Assembly (NCBI RefSeq): GCF_048593235.1
Contig: NC_133621.1
Location: 91,193,148 to 91,257,147 of the forward strand
DNA length: 64,000 nucleotides
Direction: 5' to 3'
Source: Sminthopsis crassicaudata
Lineage: Eukaryota
Made by a program: the position numbers and the translations under genes. Below are positions 50,792 to 62,140 of this stretch, piece after piece (within the stretch, counting starts at the first letter, position 1; each line of letters starts with the position of its first letter). The notes beneath the pieces were generated by a model. It saw only the letters and a program-made list of their open reading frames with translations. It was not told the DNA's origin and searched no databases.

Positions 50792-51554
50792 AGCAGAGGG
50801 TCTCCTGCAACGACGATCCAGCAGAAGTCTTTGCCCTGCTGGGGAGAAAGAAAGTTATTTTTAAAAGGTACTATGTGATCTAGGGAATTCTTAAATGACC
50901 TCTCTGGAACTCCATTTCCTCATCTACAATCACCTTTCTTAAGGAGCTGTTTCACTCTAAATACCATAGCCACCCTCAGAGTTAGAAAAGTTCTGACCTA
51001 TGACATAATGGTGGTCTGACCCCAAGCAAGGTCTTTAAATCTTTCATGGTCCAGCCAGCATCACAAAGTATCACAAAGACCAAAAGTAGCTGATTTTTAT
51101 TAGGAGGATAGCTCTCTGCACAAATGTAATCACAGGTCCAGTCCCCCCAAAATATAATTTTTCTTTTTGTCTTAATCATTTCATACCTTCTCTCTTTTCA
51201 CAAAGTCAGTCCTGAACATTCCAAGTTCCAGTGCTTTCCCCCAGATTTTAAACTCAGACAACAGTGACTATCTACTCTGATCTAAGTAGCACAAAGGAAA
51301 AGCCAACACCAACCCTACTGCTTTATAAAGAAATAATCTCCTAACTCAATTAAGCACCCTTGAAAGTAGTCCTTTAAAGAAACCTGGGCCAGGAATAAGT
51401 CAGCATTCAGGGAAGTTCAGGCCTATCTTTCCCACTCTTTCCCTAATCCAAAAGAGGAACAGAACACCAACCCTCCAGGGCCACAGCAAGGTAGCAGAGC
51501 AAGAAGGTGCTCAAGACTCAGAGGACCAAGGGGACTGAGCAAAGGGACACTTAC

Positions 51555-51632
51555 CTGTAGTGTTCCGGAGCACCCTGCCCCCACCAGAAGGGAGCTGCCC
51601 CCCACTGCCACATGGCTCCTCCCCAAAAGATC
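51555..51632 (-). CDS. REPIN1: Predicted upstream exon of REPIN1 (78 nt, phase 1-1; GSFGEEPCGSGGQLPSGGGRVLRNTT)
   Basis: Acceptor ctctttcttcttatag| and perfect donor CAG|GTAAGT. It is in frame with the main exon. Its coding status is unproven. Confidence 0.65.
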
Positions 51633-52599
51633 CTATAAGAAGAAAGAGCCATATTGAATAAGGGGAAAAAGTGGCAGGGACCTCGATTCTTAACAAGGCT
51701 TTCTTTATTAGGGTTCTTCCAGCTTCCTGCCTTGTCATCCTCTCTGTGTCCCTCCCTCCTCTGCTGCTTTTCTAATTTTCCTTTTCTATCTAGAGAAGCA
51801 GAGAATTGGCCCTTTCCCATAGATGGAGCAGTTGGGTACAAGATTAAATCCATCCCCACTGTAGCCATCATTTAAAATGTGACTCCCCCCCCCCATATAT
51901 GTAACCCTCACCAAGCACAGGAGGGATCAGGAAGAAGCCCCAGACCCTACCCCTAGAATGCAGGAACAGTCGGTTCTCCTTCCAGCCTCGTTTCCGAATG
52001 AACCTACTTCTCCCTGGAGAAAGGTATCTCCGATCCTTTCCAGAATGTAGGGACGCCTGTAACAACAAAGACTTCCTCTACACCACTGCTACCACACTGA
52101 GGCGGTCAGTCCTCCCAGAAAGATTTGGAAGAAGTGTTTTTTGTGAAGCAGCTGCGAGTTTCATTCACAAGTGGGAGACGGGGAGGCACCTGAGGGACTC
52201 CATTTCTTGTGAATCCGGTTTGACATCACAGCCAAAAGCACCAAAGGCAATCTGAAGTGGAGCTAAGAGAGGAACATAAGAAGACATAGCGGACAGTGTT
52301 TTCCCTGGGCGAAGCACACCTGGAGAATTCCGTCCGCTCTGAGCACTCCCTTTGAGGAGGGAAGCTGATGAGTTTTAGCAAGTGCAATCAGGAACCCGAT
52401 TGGGATGGGTCCGAGCTGCAGGACGGGCCCCTTACAAGAACTACCTGAGGACTAAGGAGAGTTAGCCTGGAAACTTAGGGAGAGGCCGGAAATACCAACG
52501 GCCTTATGGACACAGAATTATTTACAAACAATATACCCCTTCACACGTGTACGTGCACCTGCTTATACACAAGCACACAAGTTAATCTCTGAATTATGG

Positions 52600-54200
52600 G
52601 CCGTTTTCTTTTCTCTCCCCACATGCATCTGAAGTCCGCCCCCGGAAGCGTGCCAGCTTTTGGCTTCTGCAATCAAAACAAGTCCGTCCTCCTTCCCCGC
52701 AGTACTAGCCCGCACGTCCCTTAGACTTGCTCTGCTCGCCCCCAAAGGTCAGCAGTCACACTGGGCTGAAAACTGCACCGGGCAAGTTTCAGAAAGATGT
52801 AAAAAAGAAAACACCTCCCGCGCCCGACTCTGTGCCTGACGGAGGCCTCCCAGTGCTGTGTGCGAAGGGGACTCTGCGTCAGGCTGAGGGGGTTTCCAGC
52901 CCCGGATAATGTGGGCTCCGCCGAGGCTGAGGGCCGCCCCACGCCAAGAGTCTCTTATATGTCGTTTTCCCTAGGTGGTCAGAAGGCCAAGCCTGCCACA
53001 CGCTCACGGAGCACCCCGGGGCGGGGGTGAAGAACAAAGGCCGGGCGGGACGCGGGGCACACCTCTCCCACGCGGGGCGTGCAGGTGTACGTGCGCATCC
53101 GCACATCCCGGGCCCCTCCCCCCGCATTTGCGCACAGAGATGTGTGCGCACACACTTAGGTACCCGCGCGTGCTTGGGTCTCACAAGAGTCGCAGGCGTT
53201 CTCTGCTCCCCATTCCCGTCAATACCCCAATTTCCAGCGTTCAAGACCCCACTCTCCTTCCTTCCCCCCCGCCCCCCAGCAAGCTCACAGCCGCCCCCTC
53301 CCTTCTCTTCCGGCGCATGCGCCTTCCCCGGCCCCGCACCCCAGGCATTGGTAGCCGCCATTCCCCCCCAACCACCAAATTCCACCCCGCTATCCCGCCA
53401 TCCCGCCCCCGCTCCTTCTAGAGTTCTCCCCCGAAGGGTCGTACCTCCCGGTCTGTGTGCTTGTATGCGCGTCTCCCATCCATGTACGGGGACACTGGGG
53501 CCGCTTCCCCGCCCAGCAGCAGGCCCAACCTCACCGCCGCCAGGCCCATCCCCTCCCCACCACCTCCCGGGCTCCCTCGAGCGCTCCTTCCTCCCCCTGT
53601 CCGCGCTCCGACCCTCTGTGCCTCCCTCCTTCCCTGGCAGAGCCCGGCACCATGTGACTACCGGAGCTGGCGAGGGTCAGTCCCCGTGCTCGGGCGCAGG
53701 GCGGGGAGGGGCGGAGCTGCCAAGGCCTCTGCAGGGGGCGGGTGCGGGGCGGAGGCGGCGGCGGCCTCCCGAGCTCCAGACCGCCGGCCTCGGCCGGCCC
53801 GGCCACGCTCGGACTCAGGTGGTGCCTGCGGGTGTCCTGGCGTTCAACGCGAGCTCTTTACTAGGGCCCCGCTCCAGCTTAGCACGTGGGGAAACTGAGG
53901 GCCTTCTCCAAGGTCACGCGATTGGTCACAGCGGGGGTTCCAATGCGGGTCCTCCGAAGAAGTACAGGTGCAAGCTGCTGGGGGCGGACTCCAGGGTCCT
54001 CTTAAACCGTCTTGTGGCCGGAAAAAAAAAAAAGACCCCGCCCCCGAACTCAGAGCCAGATACCCGGGCGTTTTATCCGGACGAGTCCCTATGGGGCCTT
54101 GGTTTCCCCATCATCTGGCGCCACCCTTGCCATGCCCTTCTTACGCGGTAGCCCGTGGTTAATTACTTAGTGGGCGCCTGGCACTGTGGTCAGCCCTTGT
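52600..54200 (-). promoter_or_regulatory. REPIN1: CpG island / REPIN1 promoter and first exon(s)
   Basis: CpG-dense. Perfect NRF1 palindrome GCGCATGCGC at 53313-53322, GC boxes, CACGTG at 53883-53888, donor GCG|GTGAGG with exon end 53535. Confidence 0.8.
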
Positions 54201-56039
54201 TCTCCAGTCGTGACCCCACGGGGCGGTGTGCTGGCAAAGGTTCTAGAATACTTTGGCATTTCCTTCTCCAACTCCTTTTACTAATAAGGAAGTGAATTTG
54301 ATCGATAGATACAGATCTACAGACTCTTCCAGTATGATCCGGGCTCCTCCTGATTAGAAATCGTTTCTTTTTCTTTCCCGGGTCAGAGTATAGAAAGCAC
54401 AAGTAATTCATTGAGTGATTTGGTTACTGTCAATGAACAACAAAACTATATGGACAGAGGGACTAAATCCTTCCTCATGGAACAGAAACTAGGAGTTGGG
54501 TCTGGCCACGGAATCGGGGGAACGTGAGCAAGTGATTTTTAAAAGTTCCATCAGGTCCTAGAATCTGTTTTTCAACTCCTCCAATCTGTCTTTCTGCCTG
54601 TATTCTTGCTCATCCCTGGATCCTAAAGAGGCCCATACCTTCCCTCATCTCCGAGGCAAAGGAGCATAATGCCCAGAGATGAATGAATGATGGATAGCGT
54701 CCTGGCTAAGCATACATTAAGAGAGGAGGAGGAGGCAAGATATTGGTGATTGACGGGCATTAGAAGAGAGACTTTGGAGAGACCAGGCCCCTGAGAAATC
54801 TGCCCAAGGTTATAAAGCTACATAATTGCAAAACCCAGACATAGGTGGATGTATATGCATTGCAAGGGCCTGCCTTCCTTTCAAAGACCATCTTTGCTTC
54901 CTTACTACAGATTCCTTTCCTCCTTCCTAATCTGAAAATCACACCTTTAGATTCAACTATTAAAATCAGTCTTCACAAATCACCCCAAGCCACATGTGGC
55001 TCTAGACAACCCCAACTGATTGGGCAGAAGCTCTTACCTTTTTCAGGACAGGACACTGCCAAATATCTAGATTCATCCCAGAGTTTCAGAGCTTTAGGCG
55101 GATAGGGATTCCTTCATAAAATTACCGTCATCTTATTTATCTTCTTATCTCTAGGTGATATGACCTCTAAATCCAATACAGAACCAGAAAGGATCCTTTT
55201 CTTGATCCTCATCCAAGTCTCAGCCAGTATCTCCTTACCTTTGGGAAGTGATGACCTATAACCTCTACAGAAGTGATGAGCTATATATATATAAAAAGAC
55301 TTCCCAAGGAGAAGGCAGCACCTGAATAGAAAGGATGTCAAATGATAAGATTAGCAGAAGGTAAAGGAATCCTTCCTTTCTTGGAACAGGGGACAGCACA
55401 TGCAGGGAACAATACATGAGGACAGGGGAAAGAAAAGGATCATGGCATAAAGCTAAAGTAGGCTACAGTTAGATCATATATAACTTTATACAATATACAA
55501 TATCAAGGAACTGAACTTTTTGGATTAGAAGTGTGATATGATCAGAGAAGTGCATTAGGACTATTACAAGTCTTGAGAAGTGAATAAACCAGCTGGATTC
55601 AATCCCATCTGGTATTTTCTTCGGTTGTGGACAACATCCTCCAGCTACTTGAGTAGAATCCCTTTCTGTATCTCTCATTACTATTTACCAGTGCAGAGTT
55701 TCAAGCCCCCCATTTTTTCTATCCTTAAGTATGAATACTTCATCTCTCCATTTCTTTCCTCTTTATCACCTAATATAGAGAATGGATCTTTCAATGAAAA
55801 ACCTGCTTTGATAATTTGCCTACTAGAAGGAACGTTAGCGGCTATTCAATCCAACTTCCTTATTTCATAGACGAAGAACTTAAGATCCGGGAATGAAGAG
55901 ATCTGAAAAGACACCTCTAGTCATCCTTTGTGGAGATAGTAGATCCACAGATATCACATACATATTGTACATATTTGTTAAATGAGTCTCTGGGAGAGGA
56001 AGGGATACTTGAAATAAAGATGATGCTGTAAAATAGAAC

Positions 56040-56562
56040 TGTCAACCACTCTGTCCTGCCGGAATTATGGCCCTCCCCAGTGCAGCTAGAACACATTAAA
56101 ATGTGTTTTTTTTGTTTTTTGTTTTCTGAGGCTGGGGTGAAGTGACTTGCCCAGGGTCACACAGCTAGGAAGTGTTAAGTGTCTGAGACCAGATTTGAAC
56201 TCGGGTCCTCCTGAATTCAAGGCCAGTGCTCTATCCACTGAGCCACCTAGCTGCCCCCAGAACACATTAAAATATAATGGGATGGGGAACTAGATCAAGT
56301 GGATAAGCACCTGAGGACCTGAACTTAAATCTGGCCTTAGATGATTTATGCTTACTAGCTTGTGTGACCTTGAGCAAGTTACTTAACCCCAAATGCCTTG
56401 CCCCCCTGCCTCCCAAACTTTAAAAATATAATTGAGAAATATTTAACACAACAGAGGATGGTATTATCAATATGTAGTTTTCGAAGTTAATGTGCTTGCT
56501 GCCTGTAGGGATTTTTCTATATGGTTTAATGGATCAGATTTCTACTTGAGTTTGACAACACT
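56040..56562 (+). mobile_element. Old hAT-type MITE interrupted by two SINEs
   Basis: 3' end gagtttgacaacactg. Internal homology to 15035-15170. SINE insertions at 56103-56258 and about 56284-56410. Confidence 0.55.
56103..56258 (-). mobile_element. WSINE1-type SINE with 15-bp TSD
   Basis: Full-length SINE on the minus strand. TSD AGAACACATTAAAAT at 56088-56102 and 56259-56273. Confidence 0.92.
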
Positions 56563-57934
56563 GGTTTAAGAAATAGAATAAATAAATCAATAATTTGAAA
56601 AGAATCAATAATCCAAAAAAAAAGAATCAATGAAAACTTTTTTTTTTTTTTAAAGAAATGGTATTGCCAAACCATGATGGATAGAGAACAAGCTTAGAAT
56701 CAGGAAGCCTTAGGTTCAAGTTTAGACTCTGACACAAAGGGTGAATGAGTTTGGGCAAACTACTTCACCCCTTTGTGACCCCAGGCCACTCTTAACATCA
56801 GAAATTGCAATGTGCCATATTGCAATAATAGAGAGTGCTTTCTCTAAGTCCCCTATGAAAACACAGATTTCATCCTGCAAAATGAATGGAGACAAATAGT
56901 TATAATACAAAGAGAGGGAGATAAGTATAAAGAAGAACGATTTCTTTCTACCTTAGCATATGACTTTTTAATTGGATAGACAATTACATCGTTCTCAACT
57001 ACAGCATCATGAGGGGAAGCGATTTTTTCATTTATATATATCCTGTTAAAGACATATTTAGGATAATTGTCTGGTTTAGTTGGGAAGCATTAGAGCATTT
57101 GGAGGTTTTACCCCACCCAACCCTCAATCACTTAACTTTTTATGTGCCCCATTGGCTATTTCTGGGGACTTCAAGACACAATTCTTTCACATGGCCTTAG
57201 AAATTTGGCTTTAGAACCTTCTCTCCAACATCCTTTCATTTAGCTTTCCTCTTCACCCTTGTTTTCATACTTTTTTTTTTGGATATGGCTAAAATGAAAA
57301 TGTATTTTTCTGAACTAAACATGTTTTTGTTTCCTTAGCAACAGCTTTTTACTAAAATGGCAAAGAAAGAACTATAAAATTATAACTATAACTAAAGAAT
57401 ATATTTTCACTTTCCTCCTCCAAACTTGGATCCACTCTTCTTTCCAGACACACAGAGTTCATGAGAAGAATGAGTAAAACTTAGACTTCACTGATAATTA
57501 AGCACTCACACAGGAAAAGAATATATCCAAGGTTACTCATGCCTCTGGTACTTTCTCTCTTTAAGGTGCCATTATGCAGATTGAATCTAGCCTACCTTTC
57601 AGGATTTATCCCCATCACATGTTTTGCTTTTCCCTGAACTTCACATTGCACCTCACAAGCTGTCCTACATGCCCAGAATGTATTCTGTCCCCACCTGCTT
57701 GCCTTAGAAGCAAACCTAGGCTTTCTCCAGCACTCTTCAGGTCTCACAATCTATGGCGCTTCCAGAACATCCTGTTTGCTAATTCAGTCCCAGACTCCAA
57801 ATTATACTGTATTTACTGTCACCACTAGGTTGTGCTGTTGGAGTATACAATTGCCCAGTCAATCTTTTAAAATTGAGTCTAAAAGACATCAACAATATCT
57901 GAGTCCATTCTTGCTGTCTACTCAGGCATCTAGA

Positions 57935-58365
57935 GTAGAGGTTTCTAAATCTTTTGTGAATGTCATGGGCCCCTTTGGCAGGTTGAAATCTATGGGTTAC
58001 TTCTCCAAATAATCTTAAAGTGCATAACATAAAATAAAGAATACATATTTTATTTTCATTTATTAATATATAAATTATTAAAATTTGTTTGGTAAACAGC
58101 AACACTGGAACACATGCAATATCATGGTATAACATTTCAAGATATTTGTAACAACTGTAATATGATGTGAAAAATATCAGTGACTTTTACTGGTGACAAA
58201 GTACCAGGCACTGCTAATCCTATCATGATAATCTGCCTACATTCGTAATGGGAGGAAAAGATTTCCCTTAGAAGTTAGGGAAAATTTTAAAAAATGAATT
58301 TTCCCCATACAAGTTCAGGTTGTCCAGAAATCTCCCCACAGCCGTGGATCCCAGGCCAAAAAACT
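57935..58365 (+). mobile_element. Old hAT-Charlie element (a related fragment lies at about 17144-17290)
   Basis: agaggtttctaaatcttt...atgggcccctttggcag...ggatcccagg..aaaaactct resembles a Charlie-type TIR-bounded consensus (recall). Confidence 0.55.
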
Positions 58366-58920
58366 CTTATCAGGGACATGCATGTAAATTGGTCTCTTAG
58401 CTTGTGTACCCACTACATTCTTTTACATGTCAATCAAAAGCTTCTGCCCCTTTAAAACTTATTCTCTTAGTAAACAGTTTAATTATATTAAATAAGTGGG
58501 TGGTAAAAAGCGGAAAGATTACTTAAATGTTACATAGATTACCAATTGTCATTACTTCCCATATCTAACTCTCCAGGCTCTTTTCTCCATTCCTCCCTTA
58601 TCCCCTTCCCCCAACCTTCATACAAACGAAAATACTTGGGGCAGTCTTCTTTTCTCATCAGTGGCAATTTCCTTATTCAGTAAGGATCTAGATTTTAAAA
58701 TTATAGGAAGTCACTACCAGGTCACAAACACTCCAGCTCTTGCTACAGCTTTAGACATAGGGGAAAACCATCTAATGTCAAAATCAGTGCAGAGTTTAAA
58801 GTCTGGAAATCCCCTTCTGTAATTCCATCTGCTACTTTCTTCCTAGGGGCAACTTGATGTCTCCTTTTCTTTTCACCATGGCCATTTTAGCTACTTACCC
58901 CTGCTGCCAGGGAACTTTCT

Positions 58921-59083
58921 CTCTCTCTCTCTCTCTCTCTCTTATCCTTTAGTTCACTATAATTAAATTCCTTTGTAATGTTTTCATTTTTATTTTATGC
59001 ATCATTTATCTATCTATCTATCTATTTATTTGTAACATATTTTTTTGACAGTACATATGCATGGTTAATTTTTTACAACATTA
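58921..59083 (-). mobile_element. Very short L1 3' tip plus extra A-rich sequence, flanked by a TSD
   Basis: Minus strand ATAATGTTGTAAAAAATTAACCATGCATATGTACTGTCAAAAAA matches the L1 tip at about 37388-37437. TSD TGCCAGGGAACTT(T)CTCT at 58905 and 59084. Confidence 0.75.
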
Positions 59084-59419
59084 TGCCAGGGAACTTCTCT
59101 ATCCTAGCAGCTTGGTCTTAATTGAGAATTAGAAATGTTTACATTTTCCTGCAGCTGTATGTTGGCAGAGGGACCAAAGTGGCTGCTGCTTTTTGTCCCC
59201 TACTTTACTTTCAAAAATTTTCCTGAATTCAATTGATTGACCTCTTATATCTGTTAGCTGTTATCAGTCTTGAAACTCAAAGGGCCAGTGAAATTATACT
59301 AATGAAAAAAGGAGCTGCTTTGCCTTTCTTTGTATCTGCAGAACTTAGCACAGTGTTTGGCACAAAGGAAAAGTATAATAAATGTCTATTGACTTCTGCT
59401 TGTTAATTGACTACAATTG

Positions 59420-59665
59420 TTAATTGCTCAGTTGTGTCAAACTTTTTATGATCCATTTGTTTTTGTTTTGTTTTGTTTTGGCAACACACTGGAGGGTTTG
59501 CCATTTTCTTCTCCAGTTCATTTTAAAGATGAGGAAACTGGGCAAACAAGTTTCATTGACTTGCCCAAAATAACATTAACTATTAAGTGACTGAAGTCAA
59601 ATTTGAACTCAGACCTTCCTGACTTTTAGAACCAGCTTGCTATCAACCTTGCGACCTAGTTGCTG
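59420..59665 (-). mobile_element. MAR1-type CORE-SINE
   Basis: RTE tail (cagttgtgtcaaac..., ggtttgccattttcttctccag) plus CORE (gatgaggaaactgg...gacttgccca...atttgaactcag). Confidence 0.65.
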
Positions 59666-60049
59666 ATAGACCAGTTAGGACATATGCAAACTAACCACTA
59701 ACCTGTGGTCAGAAAAGGGATTAGGAAGGTGGAAGTCATCTAGATTTGAGAGTCTCAGTTTGCCATGAACTTCTGCTATATTGCTCTTGATGGGGTTGAA
59801 AGGAAAAGAAACTTCCCCTTCTCCACTCCCCATCCTTTGCTGAATTCTTCTTGCACCATATTCTGAGGAACCAAAGAGAGAGCTCTTACAAACCACACTA
59901 TTCTCTAGCAAAAATCTGTATATAATCCTGCTCCAGGAAATCACCAATTATTTCACCAATTCCAGGCTGGGGATCCAAATCGGAGGAGCTCACTGTCCTT
60001 CTGCAAGTGACACGGATGCACCCCATTCTGACAACACTTCAGTCTAGGA

Positions 60050-60275
60050 GTATGTTGGTAGATGATATTTAATATATAGCTTCCCAAAAGTAAGCTTGAC
60101 ACATTTTAAAATTTAATCAGCATTAATCACATTTCCTCCATCATTTTCTTCAGTCTAGACAATCAAACAACACACCAAGTCCTGATTTGTTATCATTTGC
60201 CAATTTCTGAGTTCTAAGTATTCACTTTAAATTTAGCAGCTCCTTTTCATAAACCATTCATTCCAATACACCCCT
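60050..60275 (+). mobile_element. MER63-like hAT-Blackjack relic
   Basis: aaatttaatcagcattaatcacatttcctccatca...agtctagacaatcaa...cctgatttgt matches the recalled MER63 core. Confidence 0.6.
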
Positions 60276-62049
60276 GGTCTAGATGCTTTAATTTCATCAA
60301 GTTGATTGAGGGATTTACTAGGCTGAGCAGAAGCTCTCCTAATCAAGCTCTAATTACACCAGAATTATCAAGGGGACTAATATATGTCTCTTCTATAGCC
60401 TTTATTTGTTTAAATGTATCCTTATCACCAACATGGAATATAAATTCTTGAAATCAGAGATATTTACTTCCTATCTCCAGTGCAAGCACAGAGCACATAG
60501 TAAGGGTTCAGTAAATGTTTGTTGTAAAATCAAGGGATGGATGGCTTTAGAAGGAATTTTCTGATTAGATAGATATGTGTAAGATCCTGGAACTGGCAAT
60601 GGAGAGGCAAGATAAATGTGATGTGTAAAGGCAGCCCTGTCTAGAAACAAGGAGAGAGATCAAACACCTGGTCAAAGTCTGGACTAGGTAAGGCTGATGT
60701 GTGGCAGGATTTACCCTAAAGGTAGGTTCATGGGTACAGAATTCCCTTTTGGATGTCATAGCCTAGTAGAGGAACTCAGCTAGCTGCCTGGACTGCGGTC
60801 CAGCCAGCTGGCCAGCTTCCCTGAATTTGGAAATGGGGGGTGGGGTTAGGGAAAGGGAAGAAGAAAAGGGAGGCTTGGGAGAGGGACAGAGGCCTGGGCT
60901 GCTGCTTGGGAGACCATTTGGATCTTTCAGAGTTAGGGCAGAAGGGCATCCCAGGAGTTGTGGGAGTAAGGACCTAGAAGGATTGGATGATGGTAATGGG
61001 GAGGGGGGTGTCATGGAGCCAGTGGTGGGAGGAGATGGGGGCAGAGACCAGATGCAGGGGAGGAGCTGGGGAGGCGGAGGTTGGGGGTTAAGGGGAGGAG
61101 AGGCAGACGGCTACCGGGAGCTTAAGAAGAGAGGTCCAGCAGCCCCAGCAAAGAAGAAGGTGAAGTGGGAAAGAGGTGGAGGGGAGTTTAATGAGGGATG
61201 TACAGGAGGGTGAGGAAGTAGAAGGGTGGGTCAGAGGGGAGGTGAAAAGCAGACTCTAGAGTCCAGTTTTATATCCCCATTTTTCTGGATATCGGATCAA
61301 ACTTCGGAACTTTTATCAGGGATAAGGGGTCTGCCACAGTGGAACAAGTAGGGGGATAAAGAGCAAGGACAACCTGGTTCCCAGAAACTGGGAGAAAGAA
61401 AAAGAAAGCAGAAGTGATTTGGGCCCAGAAAAGAAAATAAAAAGGGGAGGCCTTTAGGGGAAGAGAAATAAGGAAGCCTTTCTGGGAAGGAGCTAAGCTA
61501 GAAAAGAAGCAATGTTTGTAGGAACCAGGAGGCTCTGCAGGGGGAAGGGGAGCTGAAATCTTGTTGAGATCCAAGATTTCTTGGATTGGACAGCCCAGTA
61601 ACAGGCCCCAACATGCTGAGGGCTAAGCCCCATTGGACAGCCCAGGAACAGGCCCTAGCATGCTGAGGGTTAAACACTCGCTCAGTCCTTCTTCGGGTGT
61701 TTACGTCCTCCCCAAAATATTCATCTTCAGTGTGTGTCTCTCCTCTTCCCTCTCTATTCTCCTTCCCACCCAGGCCTTCTCAGTGCCAGGGGATGGGGGT
61801 GGAGCTAAGACCTCGGGGGAGCTGGGAAACTCTGGGGCACTGACCTGACCCCACAGGAGGGAGGGAGGGAGGGAGGATGAGGGAAAGGAGGGTCAGAGAA
61901 GGGAAAGGGGGAGGATACTGAGTGGAATGAACTGGGAAGAGAGACAGAGTTGAGAAAAAGGGGTGGCATGTTAAAGTAGAGTGAATAGAATGGGACAGAG
62001 AGTGGGAGGGAAGATAGAATCTGTTTCCAGGGCCTTAGGAACCTGGCTC

Positions 62050-62140
62050 TGGCTATGACGTCATTTCCAATTTCTGGGAAACTTCAGAGCAGCTCTTCCC
62101 AATCAGTCCTGCTAGGAAAGGGAGCTATTAAAAAGAGAAA
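62050..62140 (+). promoter_or_regulatory. RARRES2: Candidate RARRES2 core promoter (CRE, STAT, CCAAT, TATA-like)
   Basis: TGACGTCA at 62056-62063, TTCTGGGAA at 62072-62080, CCAAT at 62099-62103, TATTAAAA at 62126-62133. Downstream donor CAG|GTGAGG after 62318 would close a non-coding exon 1. Confidence 0.6.

Noticed and set aside
53027-54151. 374-aa plus-strand ORF
   Set aside because: Lies wholly in the REPIN1 CpG island; P/G/R/A-rich with no domain; expected artefact of high GC.
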